A DNA stretch of 36,164 bases. It comes from Bacteroidota bacterium. Its GTDB lineage: Bacteria; Bacteroidota; Bacteroidia; Flavobacteriales; Flavobacteriaceae. A program made the position numbers and the translations under genes. Each line of letters starts with the position of its first letter. Within the stretch, counting starts at the first letter, position 1. The DNA lies in NCBI GenBank assembly GCA_039196145.1, contig JBCCUY010000001.1:1-36164 (forward strand), written 5' to 3'. Shown here piece after piece: positions 20,366 to 29,464 of the stretch. The notes beneath the pieces were generated by a model. The model saw only the letters and a program-made list of their open reading frames with translations. It was not told the origin of the DNA and did no database searches.

Positions 20366-22069
20366 GTGGACGAAAATGTGGTTTACGATGCCATCGTAGT
20401 TGGCACTGGAATAACCGGTGGATGGGCAGCCAAGGAACTTTGTGAAAACGGCCTAAAGACCTTGGTCTTGGATCGCGGACCGATGGTAGAACATATCGTT
20501 GATTACAAGACCATGAACCTGGATCCTTGGGACATGCCCAACAACGGAGAACTATCCAGAAAAGACAAAGAAAAATACCATAAGCAAATTCGGGTCGGAT
20601 GGGCCCCAAAAGAAGATGTAAAACATTTTTTTGTCAACGATTTGGAACACCCCTACCAAGAGACCAAACGTTTCGACTGGATTAGAGGCTATCATGTTGG
20701 AGGACGGTCCATTACTTGGGGGAAGCAAAGTTACCGCTGGAGTGATATTGATTTTGAAGCTAACAAAAAAGAGGGCATAGCTGTAGATTGGCCGGTTCGG
20801 TACAACGACATTTCACCTTGGTATGACAAAGTGGAATCCTATATTGGAGTAAGTGGGGAAAACTTGGGATTAAAGCAACTCCCAGATGGAAAATTTCAAC
20901 CCCCCATGGAACTCAATTGTGTAGAAAAGGAGTTACAGCAATCCTTGCAAACAGGCTTTGATGATGGCAGACTTCTTACCATTGGACGGGCGGCCCACAT
21001 CACTGAGAAAACAACAAAATTTGAAGGACGGAGCACTTGTCAATACCGAAACAGATGCTGGAGAGGGTGTCCCTTTGGTGGATACTTTAGCAGTCTTTCC
21101 TCCACCTTACCCGCAGCAGAACGCACAGGCAATATGATCCTGAGAGCCAATTCCGTTGTCCATGAGGTCATCTACGACGAACGGACTAAAAAGGCCACCG
21201 GGGTTAAGGTGATAGATGCCGAGACCCATAAAAAAATGGAGTTCAAAGGAAAGATTGTTTTTCTATGTGCATCCGCCATGGCATCCGTTGGTATTCTTTT
21301 GCAATCCAAATCCAAATCGTTTCCAAATGGACTTGGAAACAATTATGACGAAGTAGGCAGAAATATCATGGATCACCATTATCAATTGGGAGCATCTGCC
21401 AAAGTGGATGGTCATTTGGACAAGTACTACAAGGGAAGACGACCCAACGGTTTTTATATCCCTAGGTTTGTGAACCTAAATGATAAAACCAAGCGGCCCG
21501 AATTTTTAAGAGGGTTTGGTTACCAAGGTGGAGCCAGCAGAAACAACTGGTCCGAGTCGGTAGCGGAAATGGGTTACGGAGCTGCACTTAAAGAAACTAT
21601 TCTTACTCCTGGGGGTTGGGAAATTGGTATGACCGGATTTGGCGAAATGCTACCCTATCATGACAATAGAGTAACCTTGAGCGAGGACAAAAAAGACCGA
21701 TGGGGATTACCTCAACTGGATTTTGACGTGGAGTTCAAGGAAAATGAGCTTAAAATGAGGAACGCCATTAAAAAAGAAGCCGTGGCCATGCTCAAAGCGG
21801 CAGGTTTTAGAAATGTAACGGATTGGGATAGGGAGACAGGACCAGGGCTGGGCATTCATGAAATGGGTGGGGCCCGTATGGGGCATGACCCTAAGACATC
21901 CGTCCTGAACAAACACAATCAATTACATGATGTCCCCAATGTTTATGTGACTGATGGTGCCTTTATGACCTCCGCAAGCTGTGTCAACCCATCATTGACC
22001 TATATGGCCTTTACGGCAAGAGCCGCTAACCATGCTGTAGAACTGTTTAAACAAAACAAATTTTCTTAA
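20366..22069 (+). CDS. GMC family FAD oxidoreductase (glycoside 3-dehydrogenase catalytic subunit-like), copy 1, GTG start
   Basis: GTGITGG Rossmann motif, CQYRNRCWRGCP Fe-S Cys motif, HEMGGARMG, NPSLTYMA. Confidence 0.9.
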   Translation: MDENVVYDAIVVGTGITGGWAAKELCENGLKTLVLDRGPMVEHIVDYKTMNLDPWDMPNNGELSRKDKEKYHKQIRVGWAPKEDVKHFFVNDLEHPYQETKRFDWIRGYHVGGRSITWGKQSYRWSDIDFEANKKEGIAVDWPVRYNDISPWYDKVESYIGVSGENLGLKQLPDGKFQPPMELNCVEKELQQSLQTGFDDGRLLTIGRAAHITEKTTKFEGRSTCQYRNRCWRGCPFGGYFSSLSSTLPAAERTGNMILRANSVVHEVIYDERTKKATGVKVIDAETHKKMEFKGKIVFLCASAMASVGILLQSKSKSFPNGLGNNYDEVGRNIMDHHYQLGASAKVDGHLDKYYKGRRPNGFYIPRFVNLNDKTKRPEFLRGFGYQGGASRNNWSESVAEMGYGAALKETILTPGGWEIGMTGFGEMLPYHDNRVTLSEDKKDRWGLPQLDFDVEFKENELKMRNAIKKEAVAMLKAAGFRNVTDWDRETGPGLGIHEMGGARMGHDPKTSVLNKHNQLHDVPNVYVTDGAFMTSASCVNPSLTYMAFTARAANHAVELFKQNKFS

Positions 22070-22078
22070 ATACCTACT

Positions 22079-22543
22079 ATGGAAAATGCTTCCGCCCGAA
22101 ATTTATGGGGTGATTTTTTAGACACCCATTTGGAGTTTGCATCAGAAGATGCGCCAAGGGTAATCCACTTTTGCGATAATGAAAAAGATGCCAACGCCTG
22201 TGCCGATCTGGTAAGCAAGGATATTAAGCGGGCCACCTCCCATTCGCTGCTTGGCCTTCAATACCGCAAGGAAAAACTTCCGAAGATTGGGGATTTTGCC
22301 GTGGTCACGGATTGGTCCGGAAAGGCCAAATGCATCATAAGAACCACGTCAGTGAAATTGGTCCCTTATTTCGCCATTCATGCCGAACATGCTCGACTGG
22401 AAGGAGAGGGCGATAAAAGCTTGGACCATTGGCAAAAAACCCACTGGGACTATTATACCAGAGAACTATCTGAATTTAACCGTAAACCACGGGAAAGTAT
22501 GATTGTGGTCTTTGAACGGTTTGAAAAGGTCTTCCAAAGATAA
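22079..22543 (+). CDS. ASCH domain protein
   Basis: KRATS, LPKIGD..VV.D and ARLEGEGD.SL..W...HWDYY motifs. Confidence 0.88.
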   Translation: MENASARNLWGDFLDTHLEFASEDAPRVIHFCDNEKDANACADLVSKDIKRATSHSLLGLQYRKEKLPKIGDFAVVTDWSGKAKCIIRTTSVKLVPYFAIHAEHARLEGEGDKSLDHWQKTHWDYYTRELSEFNRKPRESMIVVFERFEKVFQR

Positions 22544-22563
22544 TGGCCGCTTAAAGCGGCCAT
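22543..22563. terminator. Hairpin between convergent ASCH and Gfo/Idh/MocA genes
   Basis: ATGGCCGCT-TAA-AGCGGCCAT perfect stem; U tails weak. Confidence 0.6.
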
Positions 22564-22590
22564 CTCATTTCGTCTTATTTGTCTTTGGTG

Positions 22591-23727
22591 TTAATCCAAA
22601 TCCACCCAAACATTCCCCTGCTTATGGGAGGCTACGGTACTTTCAATAAAGTTCATTCCACGGACCCCATCCCTTATGGTCGGGAACTCTCCATCGTTAT
22701 ACGCTTCGCCACGGATTGCCCTGGCGGCTCCTAGGTAAATGTTAGCCATGGAGTCAAAAATGCCTTCAGGATGTCCGGCAGGTATTTTAGAAGCCTTCAA
22801 GGAAAGCTCCGTATTATAGGCATGACCTGGCTTGTAAACCTGCAGGGGTTCAGTGTCGCTCATTTTGTAAAGGAAATTTGGCTTTTCCTGTTCCCATCGA
22901 AAAGCGGCTTTTTCACCGTAAATCGCAATTGCCAATCCGTTTTCTTCGCCTGTGGCTACCTGACTGGACCTGACAACTCCCTTTACATGTTTATCCATTC
23001 TGATCAAAACAGTTCCGTCCACATCCATCTGGTTGTCATCGTACAGATAGTTGAAATCACACAACACGGACTTGATCTGTAACCCCGTGGTGTACTCAAT
23101 CAAGTTGGAGGCATGTACTCCTATATCCCCAATGCAGGAACTGATTCCCGCTTTTGTTGGATCCAAACGCCATACCGTAGATCGTTTTTCTTTATCATGA
23201 ATAACAGTATTGATCCAACCTTGATAGTATCGTGCATCAACCTTGTGGATTTTGCCCAGCTCTCCGTTTTTGATCATTTCACGCATCTGGCGCACCATGG
23301 GGTACCCTGTGTAAGTGTGCGTTAGCGCGAATACTTTTCCAGACTTTTGATGCACTTCCTGCAAGGTTTTTGCCTCCTCGTAATTCATGGTCATAGGCTT
23401 TTCACAAATGACATGAAACCCATTTTCCAAAAGTTTTTTGGCCATAGGATAGTGCAGAAAGTTGGGTGTTAAAACGGAACAGACCTGAATACGTTCATCT
23501 TCAGGTAGTTTCAGTTCCTCCGCTACCAGAGTGTCAAAATCTTTGTAGATCCTGTTGGTAGGTACATCAATCTCTTTTGCAAAAGCAAGGTTTTGTTCAT
23601 AATCGGGGTTGAACACCGCCCCAACAATTTCATAATTATCATTTATGAAGGAGGCTACTCTGTGGAGCACTCCAATTAGGGAATCCCCACCACCACCAAT
23701 AATTCCTAATCTAATTTTTTTTGGCAT
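22591..23727 (-). CDS. Gfo/Idh/MocA family NAD(P)-dependent oxidoreductase
   Basis: LGIIGGG, TPNFLH, HVICEKP and GDIGVH motifs. Confidence 0.93.
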   Translation of the reverse strand: MPKKIRLGIIGGGGDSLIGVLHRVASFINDNYEIVGAVFNPDYEQNLAFAKEIDVPTNRIYKDFDTLVAEELKLPEDERIQVCSVLTPNFLHYPMAKKLLENGFHVICEKPMTMNYEEAKTLQEVHQKSGKVFALTHTYTGYPMVRQMREMIKNGELGKIHKVDARYYQGWINTVIHDKEKRSTVWRLDPTKAGISSCIGDIGVHASNLIEYTTGLQIKSVLCDFNYLYDDNQMDVDGTVLIRMDKHVKGVVRSSQVATGEENGLAIAIYGEKAAFRWEQEKPNFLYKMSDTEPLQVYKPGHAYNTELSLKASKIPAGHPEGIFDSMANIYLGAARAIRGEAYNDGEFPTIRDGVRGMNFIESTVASHKQGNVWVDLD

Positions 23728-23739
23728 TCGATTTCTTTT

Positions 23740-24915
23740 TTACGCTTCTTGAGTATTTGGTTTTCGTTTTTTCATGTAGATATATAATCCAATAAATGCC
23801 ACAATTAAAATTGCTGGCAAAATTGACATTGTTCTTAGTGCTTCCATGGCATTTGCATTATCCATCAATTTCCCCATTACAGGCAGCACCACAGAAACGG
23901 AAAGCATTCCGGCTCCTCCCATTATGGAAAGCCCCAAAGCTCCTGTTTCTGGAAGATATTCGGCCACAAAACCCAGCATTGTTGGCCAGAAAAAAGTAAC
24001 TCCCACTGCAAAGACGGCGGCAGCGGCAAAAGTCATTCCTCCACTCGTAATGGTCAGCAACCAAAGTCCGATAAAGGTGAATATTGCAGAAAACAACAAC
24101 ATTCCCGCGGGCTGTAATTTATGTATGACCTTGCCAGCAAAGGCCCTCCCAAGGGCCATTATTCCATTAATAAATGCAAGCACCAGCAAGGGCACGGCCA
24201 CGGATTCCTTCAACAAAGATTCTATGCGTTGGGTCGTTCCCAATTCCGAAGCGGCGGTCAAGAACATACATAACACCATAAAGATAAATAGGGGCTTGCC
24301 CAAACTAGCAATCATTTTATTGTTACTGACACCCATTTGAACCCGTTCCGTAACCGGAAAGTTCTGGCCCAAAAACATAAATCCGTAAATAATCAGCGGA
24401 ATAAACAATACGCCCACCATAATCTGCCAACTCAATCCCATCACATCCATTATCAACCAGCCCACCAATGAGCCGATTACAATTCCTCCAGGGAACCATA
24501 CGTGAAACCGATTCAACATTTTTGTTTTGTTGTTGGTATACATGGAGGCAATCATTGGGTTAAGGGCTGCCTCAACCATACCATTTCCTATTCCCACGAA
24601 TAAAGTGGCCAAGAACAGAGAAGTTTGATCTTTGGCCAAAATGGTCCAAACAATCCCAATGGCATGGGTAATAAAGGCCATCCAGGTAATCTTTTTGATT
24701 CCCAGTGAATCAACCAACGGTCCACCAATAATCATCGCAATTGTAAAACCCCAAAACGCAGGTGTAAAAGCCCAGCCGATTTGCTCCAAGGTAAGCCCCA
24801 CACCTTCGGGTCCAAAAACTGTTTCCAGTCTTGCTCTTATTGCAAATGTCATCGACGTTACCAATAGCGCAACGCATGAAGCATAGAACAGCCTATTCTT
24901 ATTGATGTTTTCCAT
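23740..24915 (-). CDS. MFS transporter
   Basis: About 12 TM segments; motif A GPLVDSLGIK. Confidence 0.9.
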   Translation of the reverse strand: MENINKNRLFYASCVALLVTSMTFAIRARLETVFGPEGVGLTLEQIGWAFTPAFWGFTIAMIIGGPLVDSLGIKKITWMAFITHAIGIVWTILAKDQTSLFLATLFVGIGNGMVEAALNPMIASMYTNNKTKMLNRFHVWFPGGIVIGSLVGWLIMDVMGLSWQIMVGVLFIPLIIYGFMFLGQNFPVTERVQMGVSNNKMIASLGKPLFIFMVLCMFLTAASELGTTQRIESLLKESVAVPLLVLAFINGIMALGRAFAGKVIHKLQPAGMLLFSAIFTFIGLWLLTITSGGMTFAAAAVFAVGVTFFWPTMLGFVAEYLPETGALGLSIMGGAGMLSVSVVLPVMGKLMDNANAMEALRTMSILPAILIVAFIGLYIYMKKRKPNTQEA

Positions 24916-24936
24916 TTAAATCAAAGTTTTAGTTAA

Positions 24937-26163
24937 TTAAGGTTTATAAGTTACCTCTTCCTTTTTAAAGAAAAGGGCAAACAGCACTAACACAACAAAA
25001 GCAAAGAGAGATGGGATAATCCAAACATTTTCCCAGTCGTGAACATTTTCGGCCACAAGGTACATATCCGTAATTTTTCCGGCAATCCAGAAGCCGATCA
25101 ACATACCCACCCCGTAGGTGGCCAAAGTAATTAACCCTTGTGCAGCACTTTTGTATTTTTCCCCAGCTTTCGAATCCGTATAAATTTGACCCGACACAAA
25201 GAAAAAGTCGTAACAAATACCATGTAATGCAATACCCGTGAGCAGCATAAAGACCATCTCCCCAGCATTTCCATAGGCAAAAAGCAAATAGCGGACTGTC
25301 CAGGCCAACATTCCGGCCAAAATTGTTTTTTTGAATCCGAATCGCTTAAAAAAGACAGGCAACAGGAGCATAAACAAGACTTCTGAAATTTGACCAACGG
25401 TCATTTTGCCCGCTGGATTGGACACCCCGATTTCCCCTAAAAATTGTCCTGCATGTTGATAGTAGAAAGCCAGCGGGATACAAATAAGAATGGAGGCCAG
25501 GAAAAAGATAAGAAAGTTTCTATCCTTAAGGAGTTTCAATGCCTCCAAGCCCAATATTTCCGAAATGGTCACTTTTTCCTTTCGAGAAGATTTAGGGGGA
25601 GTTTTTGGCAAGGTAAAGCTAAAAAGTCCCAAAAGTGCAGAAGCTCCTGCAACCATTAAAAAGGTATTGCGAAGCAATCCATCACCTACGCCCTGTTCAC
25701 TGTCCCAACCTAAAAAGCTAATGGTCAAACCAGCTATGATCCATCCAATGGTTCCGAACACACGGATGTAGGCAAACTCCTTGGAAGGGTCTGTCATTTG
25801 ATTGAAGGAAACAGAATTTACTAGGGCCAGGGTGGGCATGTACACTATCATATAACCCAATACATAGGGATAAAAGGCTCCAAAATCCACGGCGTTGGCC
25901 AATTGGTACATCAAGAAAGCACCTATTAAATGGGATACCCCTAAAATACGCTCGGCATTAAAGTAACGGTCCGCAATAAGGCCAATAATAAAGGGAGCAA
26001 TAATTGCCCCCCAAGATTGTGTGGAATACGCTAGGGCAATCTCACCTCCACTTGCTTTTAAGGTATTGGGCAGATAAATCCCCATGGTCACAAACCAACC
26101 TCCCCAAATAAAAAATTCGAGGAACATCATGGACGAGAGTTGAATCTTGATCTTTGGACTCAT
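24937..26163 (-). CDS. Nucleoside:H+ symporter family (NupG/XapB/YegT-like) MFS permease
   Basis: MMFLEFFIWGGW, GLIADRYF, IRVFGTIGW, GQISE and HGICYDFFF; start placed at ATG 26163. Confidence 0.88.
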   Translation of the reverse strand: MSPKIKIQLSSMMFLEFFIWGGWFVTMGIYLPNTLKASGGEIALAYSTQSWGAIIAPFIIGLIADRYFNAERILGVSHLIGAFLMYQLANAVDFGAFYPYVLGYMIVYMPTLALVNSVSFNQMTDPSKEFAYIRVFGTIGWIIAGLTISFLGWDSEQGVGDGLLRNTFLMVAGASALLGLFSFTLPKTPPKSSRKEKVTISEILGLEALKLLKDRNFLIFFLASILICIPLAFYYQHAGQFLGEIGVSNPAGKMTVGQISEVLFMLLLPVFFKRFGFKKTILAGMLAWTVRYLLFAYGNAGEMVFMLLTGIALHGICYDFFFVSGQIYTDSKAGEKYKSAAQGLITLATYGVGMLIGFWIAGKITDMYLVAENVHDWENVWIIPSLFAFVVLVLFALFFKKEEVTYKP

Positions 26164-26170
26164 GTAGAAA

Positions 26171-26614
26171 TTATCTTTTATAAAATATATAATCCAACGC
26201 ATCCGGGGTAATGCCCGAAGCCCGAAACTCTGCAAGAATATGTCCCCTATGATGGGTAGAATGGTTGATCACATGAAACAAAATGTCCTTTAGGTCATTG
26301 GCATAGGTTCTCCCCTTGCTGTTCTGGTACTCTATTCTTTTGTTGAAATCGTCCGTGTTGGTTACAATCTCAAATGAAGTTCTTTGGTTTTCGTAATGGA
26401 TATCCTCCCACCGCCCAATATCGTGCACCTGCCACACTTCAAATTCCGCAGACTTATCCAGAATCCTATGATTCCAAGTATGATGCGCATTCAGAATATG
26501 ACTAAAAAGCTTAGAGCACTTCTCTGGAACCTCGTCCAAAGCAGTGCATTGCTCTATCAGCTTTTTATTGCAATAGAAATTGTAGTCGAAGAGCTGGTGC
26601 AAAAATCCCTTCAT
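26171..26614 (-). CDS. DinB family protein
   Basis: YN..CN, SHILNAH..W and HVINHSTHHRG metal-binding His pattern. Confidence 0.88.
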   Translation of the reverse strand: MKGFLHQLFDYNFYCNKKLIEQCTALDEVPEKCSKLFSHILNAHHTWNHRILDKSAEFEVWQVHDIGRWEDIHYENQRTSFEIVTNTDDFNKRIEYQNSKGRTYANDLKDILFHVINHSTHHRGHILAEFRASGITPDALDYIFYKR

Positions 26615-26635
26615 AAACCAAAGGTTGGATAATAA

Positions 26636-27619
26636 CTAGTTCTGAAACTTCTCTAATAATTTTTTGGTGGCAATGATTCCCTCTTCCTCACTTATTCCGC
26701 TTCCCTCATATTCCACACCAATGAAACCTGTGTATCCTGCATCTTTAACAATCTTTAGCATACGGCTGTAATCCGAATGAACCTCATCCCCATTTTCATC
26801 AAAATCATGCGACTTGGCACTTACTGCCTTGGCATAAGGCATAATCTCTTCCATTCCTTTATATCTGTCATACCATTCCAGGCATTCGGGCCACTCTCCC
26901 CAGGTAATACAGAAATTGCCAAAATCTGGCAGCGTTCCACAATTCTTCATATTTACCTCTTTAAAGACGTTGGCCAACAGCGCCCCCTTGGAGGATAAAC
27001 CCCCATGGTTCTCAACAATGATGTTGATGTTTTTGTCCTTGGCATATGTAGATAACTTGGTCAAGCCATCCACAGCAGCAGCAGTCCATTCTTCAGGATC
27101 CGAGCTTCCACTTAAATTCACTCTTATGGAATGGCATCCCAGCGCAGCGGCGGCATCCACCCATTTGTGATGGTTTTCCACGGCAGCATTTCTCTCTGAT
27201 TCATTCGGTGTGGCCAAATCTCCCTGGCCATCAATCATAATGATCAGGTTTTCCAGACCATGTTTTTTACTTTCGGCCAAACTTTTATCCACAAAATTCT
27301 TCATGGCCTCTTCGGAGAAATTATCCTTCTCCAGCTCTGGATAGTAAAGTCCGCTTACATATTCCAATCCTTCAAAGCCCCACCCTTTCGCTTTTTCAGC
27401 AAATAGATAGGGGTCCATTCCATCTTCCCGTATCATTCTGTGCATGGACCATTGGGCCAATGACAATTTAAACCATGGTTCTTCGGCGGTTTCCATTTCC
27501 ATGGAAGCTTCAGGTTCTACCTCCTCTTTTTTCTCTTTTTGCTTACAAGCAGTTGTACCGATAAGGAATATGGCCATAAGTGCAAATGTGGTATTCCTAT
27601 TAAATTTTGTTCTGTTCAT
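26636..27619 (-). CDS. Sugar phosphate isomerase/epimerase-family TIM barrel lipoprotein (AP_endonuc_2)
   Basis: Lipobox TTAC; SLAQWS, VENHGG, PDFGNF, SAKSHDF and GVEYEG motifs. Confidence 0.88.
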   Translation of the reverse strand: MNRTKFNRNTTFALMAIFLIGTTACKQKEKKEEVEPEASMEMETAEEPWFKLSLAQWSMHRMIREDGMDPYLFAEKAKGWGFEGLEYVSGLYYPELEKDNFSEEAMKNFVDKSLAESKKHGLENLIIMIDGQGDLATPNESERNAAVENHHKWVDAAAALGCHSIRVNLSGSSDPEEWTAAAVDGLTKLSTYAKDKNINIIVENHGGLSSKGALLANVFKEVNMKNCGTLPDFGNFCITWGEWPECLEWYDRYKGMEEIMPYAKAVSAKSHDFDENGDEVHSDYSRMLKIVKDAGYTGFIGVEYEGSGISEEEGIIATKKLLEKFQN

Positions 27620-27645
27620 AATGGTTGATTGCGTGAAATTAAAAA

Positions 27646-27661
27646 ACTACAACGTTATAGT
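27646..27661. promoter_or_regulatory. Candidate operator palindrome ACTACAACGTTATAGT
   Basis: 16-bp palindrome with one mismatched pair and a central AACGTT, in the leader of the leftward operon. Confidence 0.5.
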
Positions 27662-27687
27662 ACTGAATTCTCAATAAACATAGGGTT

Positions 27688-27724
27688 TAAATGTAGAAAA
27701 TTAATTCAATAATTAATACATTTA
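27688..27724. promoter_or_regulatory. Candidate back-to-back -7 elements (TACATTTA on each strand)
   Basis: Minus strand 27688-27695 and plus strand 27717-27724, each a one-mismatch TAnnTTTG. Confidence 0.45.
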
Positions 27725-27745
27725 TGAAATAAACAATCCTAATAG

Positions 27746-29464
27746 ATGAGCAAATTTTATTATAACGAAGAGCAGGAATCATATGATGCTATCGTAGTAG
27801 GAACGGGCATTAGCGGTGGTTGGGCTGCAAAAGAATTATGCGAGAATGGACTAAAGACCTTGGTCCTGGAACGTGGGAGGATGGTAAAGCACCGAGAGGA
27901 TTACCCCACTGCAAATCTAGATCCTTGGGATTTTCCCAACAATGGACAGCTTTCCCGTGAAGAAGCTGCGAAGCAAGAAAAACAGGCCAGAACTGGATAC
28001 ACCGTAAGGGCTCCACACAACTTTTGGTTTGTGGATGACCAAAAGCATCCCTATAATGAGACCAAGCGTTTTGACTGGATGCGTGGTTATCACGTAGGAG
28101 GGCGTTCCATTATGTGGGGAAGGCACAGCTATCGATGGAGCGACATAGATTTTGAGGCCAACAAAAAAGATGGTATTGCTGTGGATTGGCCCGTTCGTTA
28201 TAAGGATATTGCTCCCTGGTACGATAAGGTTGAAAGCTATATTGGCGTTACCGGTGAAAAGTTGGGTCTGCCCCAACTCCCTGACGGACAGTTTGAGCCC
28301 ATGATGGAATTGAACTGTGTGGAACAACATGTTCGCGAAAAAGTTTCGGAACATTTTGATGGTAGGGTGGTGACAGCGGGTAGGGTTGCCCATATCAACA
28401 GTAATAAAAAATTTGAGGGTGATGGTAGAACACGATGTCAATTTAGGAACAGATGTATAAGAGGATGTCCTTTTGGCGCATATTTCAGTAGTGTATCCTC
28501 TACATTACCTGCCGCGGAAAGAACCGGAAATATGACCCTGCGTCCCGATTCCATTGTCCATGAGGTTATTTACGACCCGGACACCAAAAAGGCAACAGGA
28601 GTAAAGGTAATCGACAGGGTGACCAAAGAATCCTATGAGTTTAAGGCCAAGGTGATTTTCCTATGTGCCTCGGCCATTGCTTCCACATCCATTTTGATGC
28701 AATCCAAATCGGATAGGTTTGAAAACGGTCTTGGAAACGATTCGGACCAATTGGGTAGAAACATCATGGACCATCATTTGGGCGTAGGTGCCTCAGGTAA
28801 ATTCGATGGCTTTGAGGATAAATATTACAAGGGCAGAAAGCCAAATGGCATTTACCTTCCTCGATTCAGAAACCTAGGTGGCAACTCAAATACAGACAAG
28901 TTTATTCGTGGTTATGGATATCAGGGTGGTGCAGGAAGAGGTAATTGGGAAGATATTATTGCCGAGGTATCGCACGGAAAAGAATTGAAGGATGCCATTC
29001 TTAAACCTGGAGGCTGGACCTTCGGAATGGGTGGCTTTGGCGAGGTACTTCCTTACGAAGATAACCGTATGACCATGGATTATGACAAGGTAGACGAATG
29101 GGGCTTGCCCACCGTGACCTTTGATGCGGAGTTTAAGCAGAACGAATGGAACATGCGTGAGGATATGAAAGACCAAGCTGTTTCCATGCTGGAAAAAGCC
29201 GGCCTTAGAGATGTGGAACCATTTGACCGCCCTGGCGCTTTGGGCTTGGGTATCCATGAAATGGGAACCGCAAGAATGGGAAGAGACCGAAAAACCTCTG
29301 TCCTGAATGGATACAATCAAGTGCACGATTGTAAAAATGTATATGTGACAGATGGTGCATTTATGACCTCAGCCAGCTGTGTCAACCCATCGTTGACCTA
29401 TATGGCCTTTACAGCTAGAGCTGCAAATCATGCAGCGGAAGAACTTAAAAAAGGAAACCTATAA
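27746..29464 (+). CDS. GMC family FAD oxidoreductase (glycoside 3-dehydrogenase catalytic subunit-like), copy 2
   Basis: GTGISGG, CQFRNRCIRGCP, HEMGTARMG and NPSLTYMA motifs. Confidence 0.92.
   Translation: MSKFYYNEEQESYDAIVVGTGISGGWAAKELCENGLKTLVLERGRMVKHREDYPTANLDPWDFPNNGQLSREEAAKQEKQARTGYTVRAPHNFWFVDDQKHPYNETKRFDWMRGYHVGGRSIMWGRHSYRWSDIDFEANKKDGIAVDWPVRYKDIAPWYDKVESYIGVTGEKLGLPQLPDGQFEPMMELNCVEQHVREKVSEHFDGRVVTAGRVAHINSNKKFEGDGRTRCQFRNRCIRGCPFGAYFSSVSSTLPAAERTGNMTLRPDSIVHEVIYDPDTKKATGVKVIDRVTKESYEFKAKVIFLCASAIASTSILMQSKSDRFENGLGNDSDQLGRNIMDHHLGVGASGKFDGFEDKYYKGRKPNGIYLPRFRNLGGNSNTDKFIRGYGYQGGAGRGNWEDIIAEVSHGKELKDAILKPGGWTFGMGGFGEVLPYEDNRMTMDYDKVDEWGLPTVTFDAEFKQNEWNMREDMKDQAVSMLEKAGLRDVEPFDRPGALGLGIHEMGTARMGRDRKTSVLNGYNQVHDCKNVYVTDGAFMTSASCVNPSLTYMAFTARAANHAAEELKKGNL

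Noticed and set aside
21951-22043. DNA similarity with about 29339-29431 as a repeat or recent duplication
   Set aside because: Differences fall at synonymous positions; explained by protein conservation between GMC paralogues
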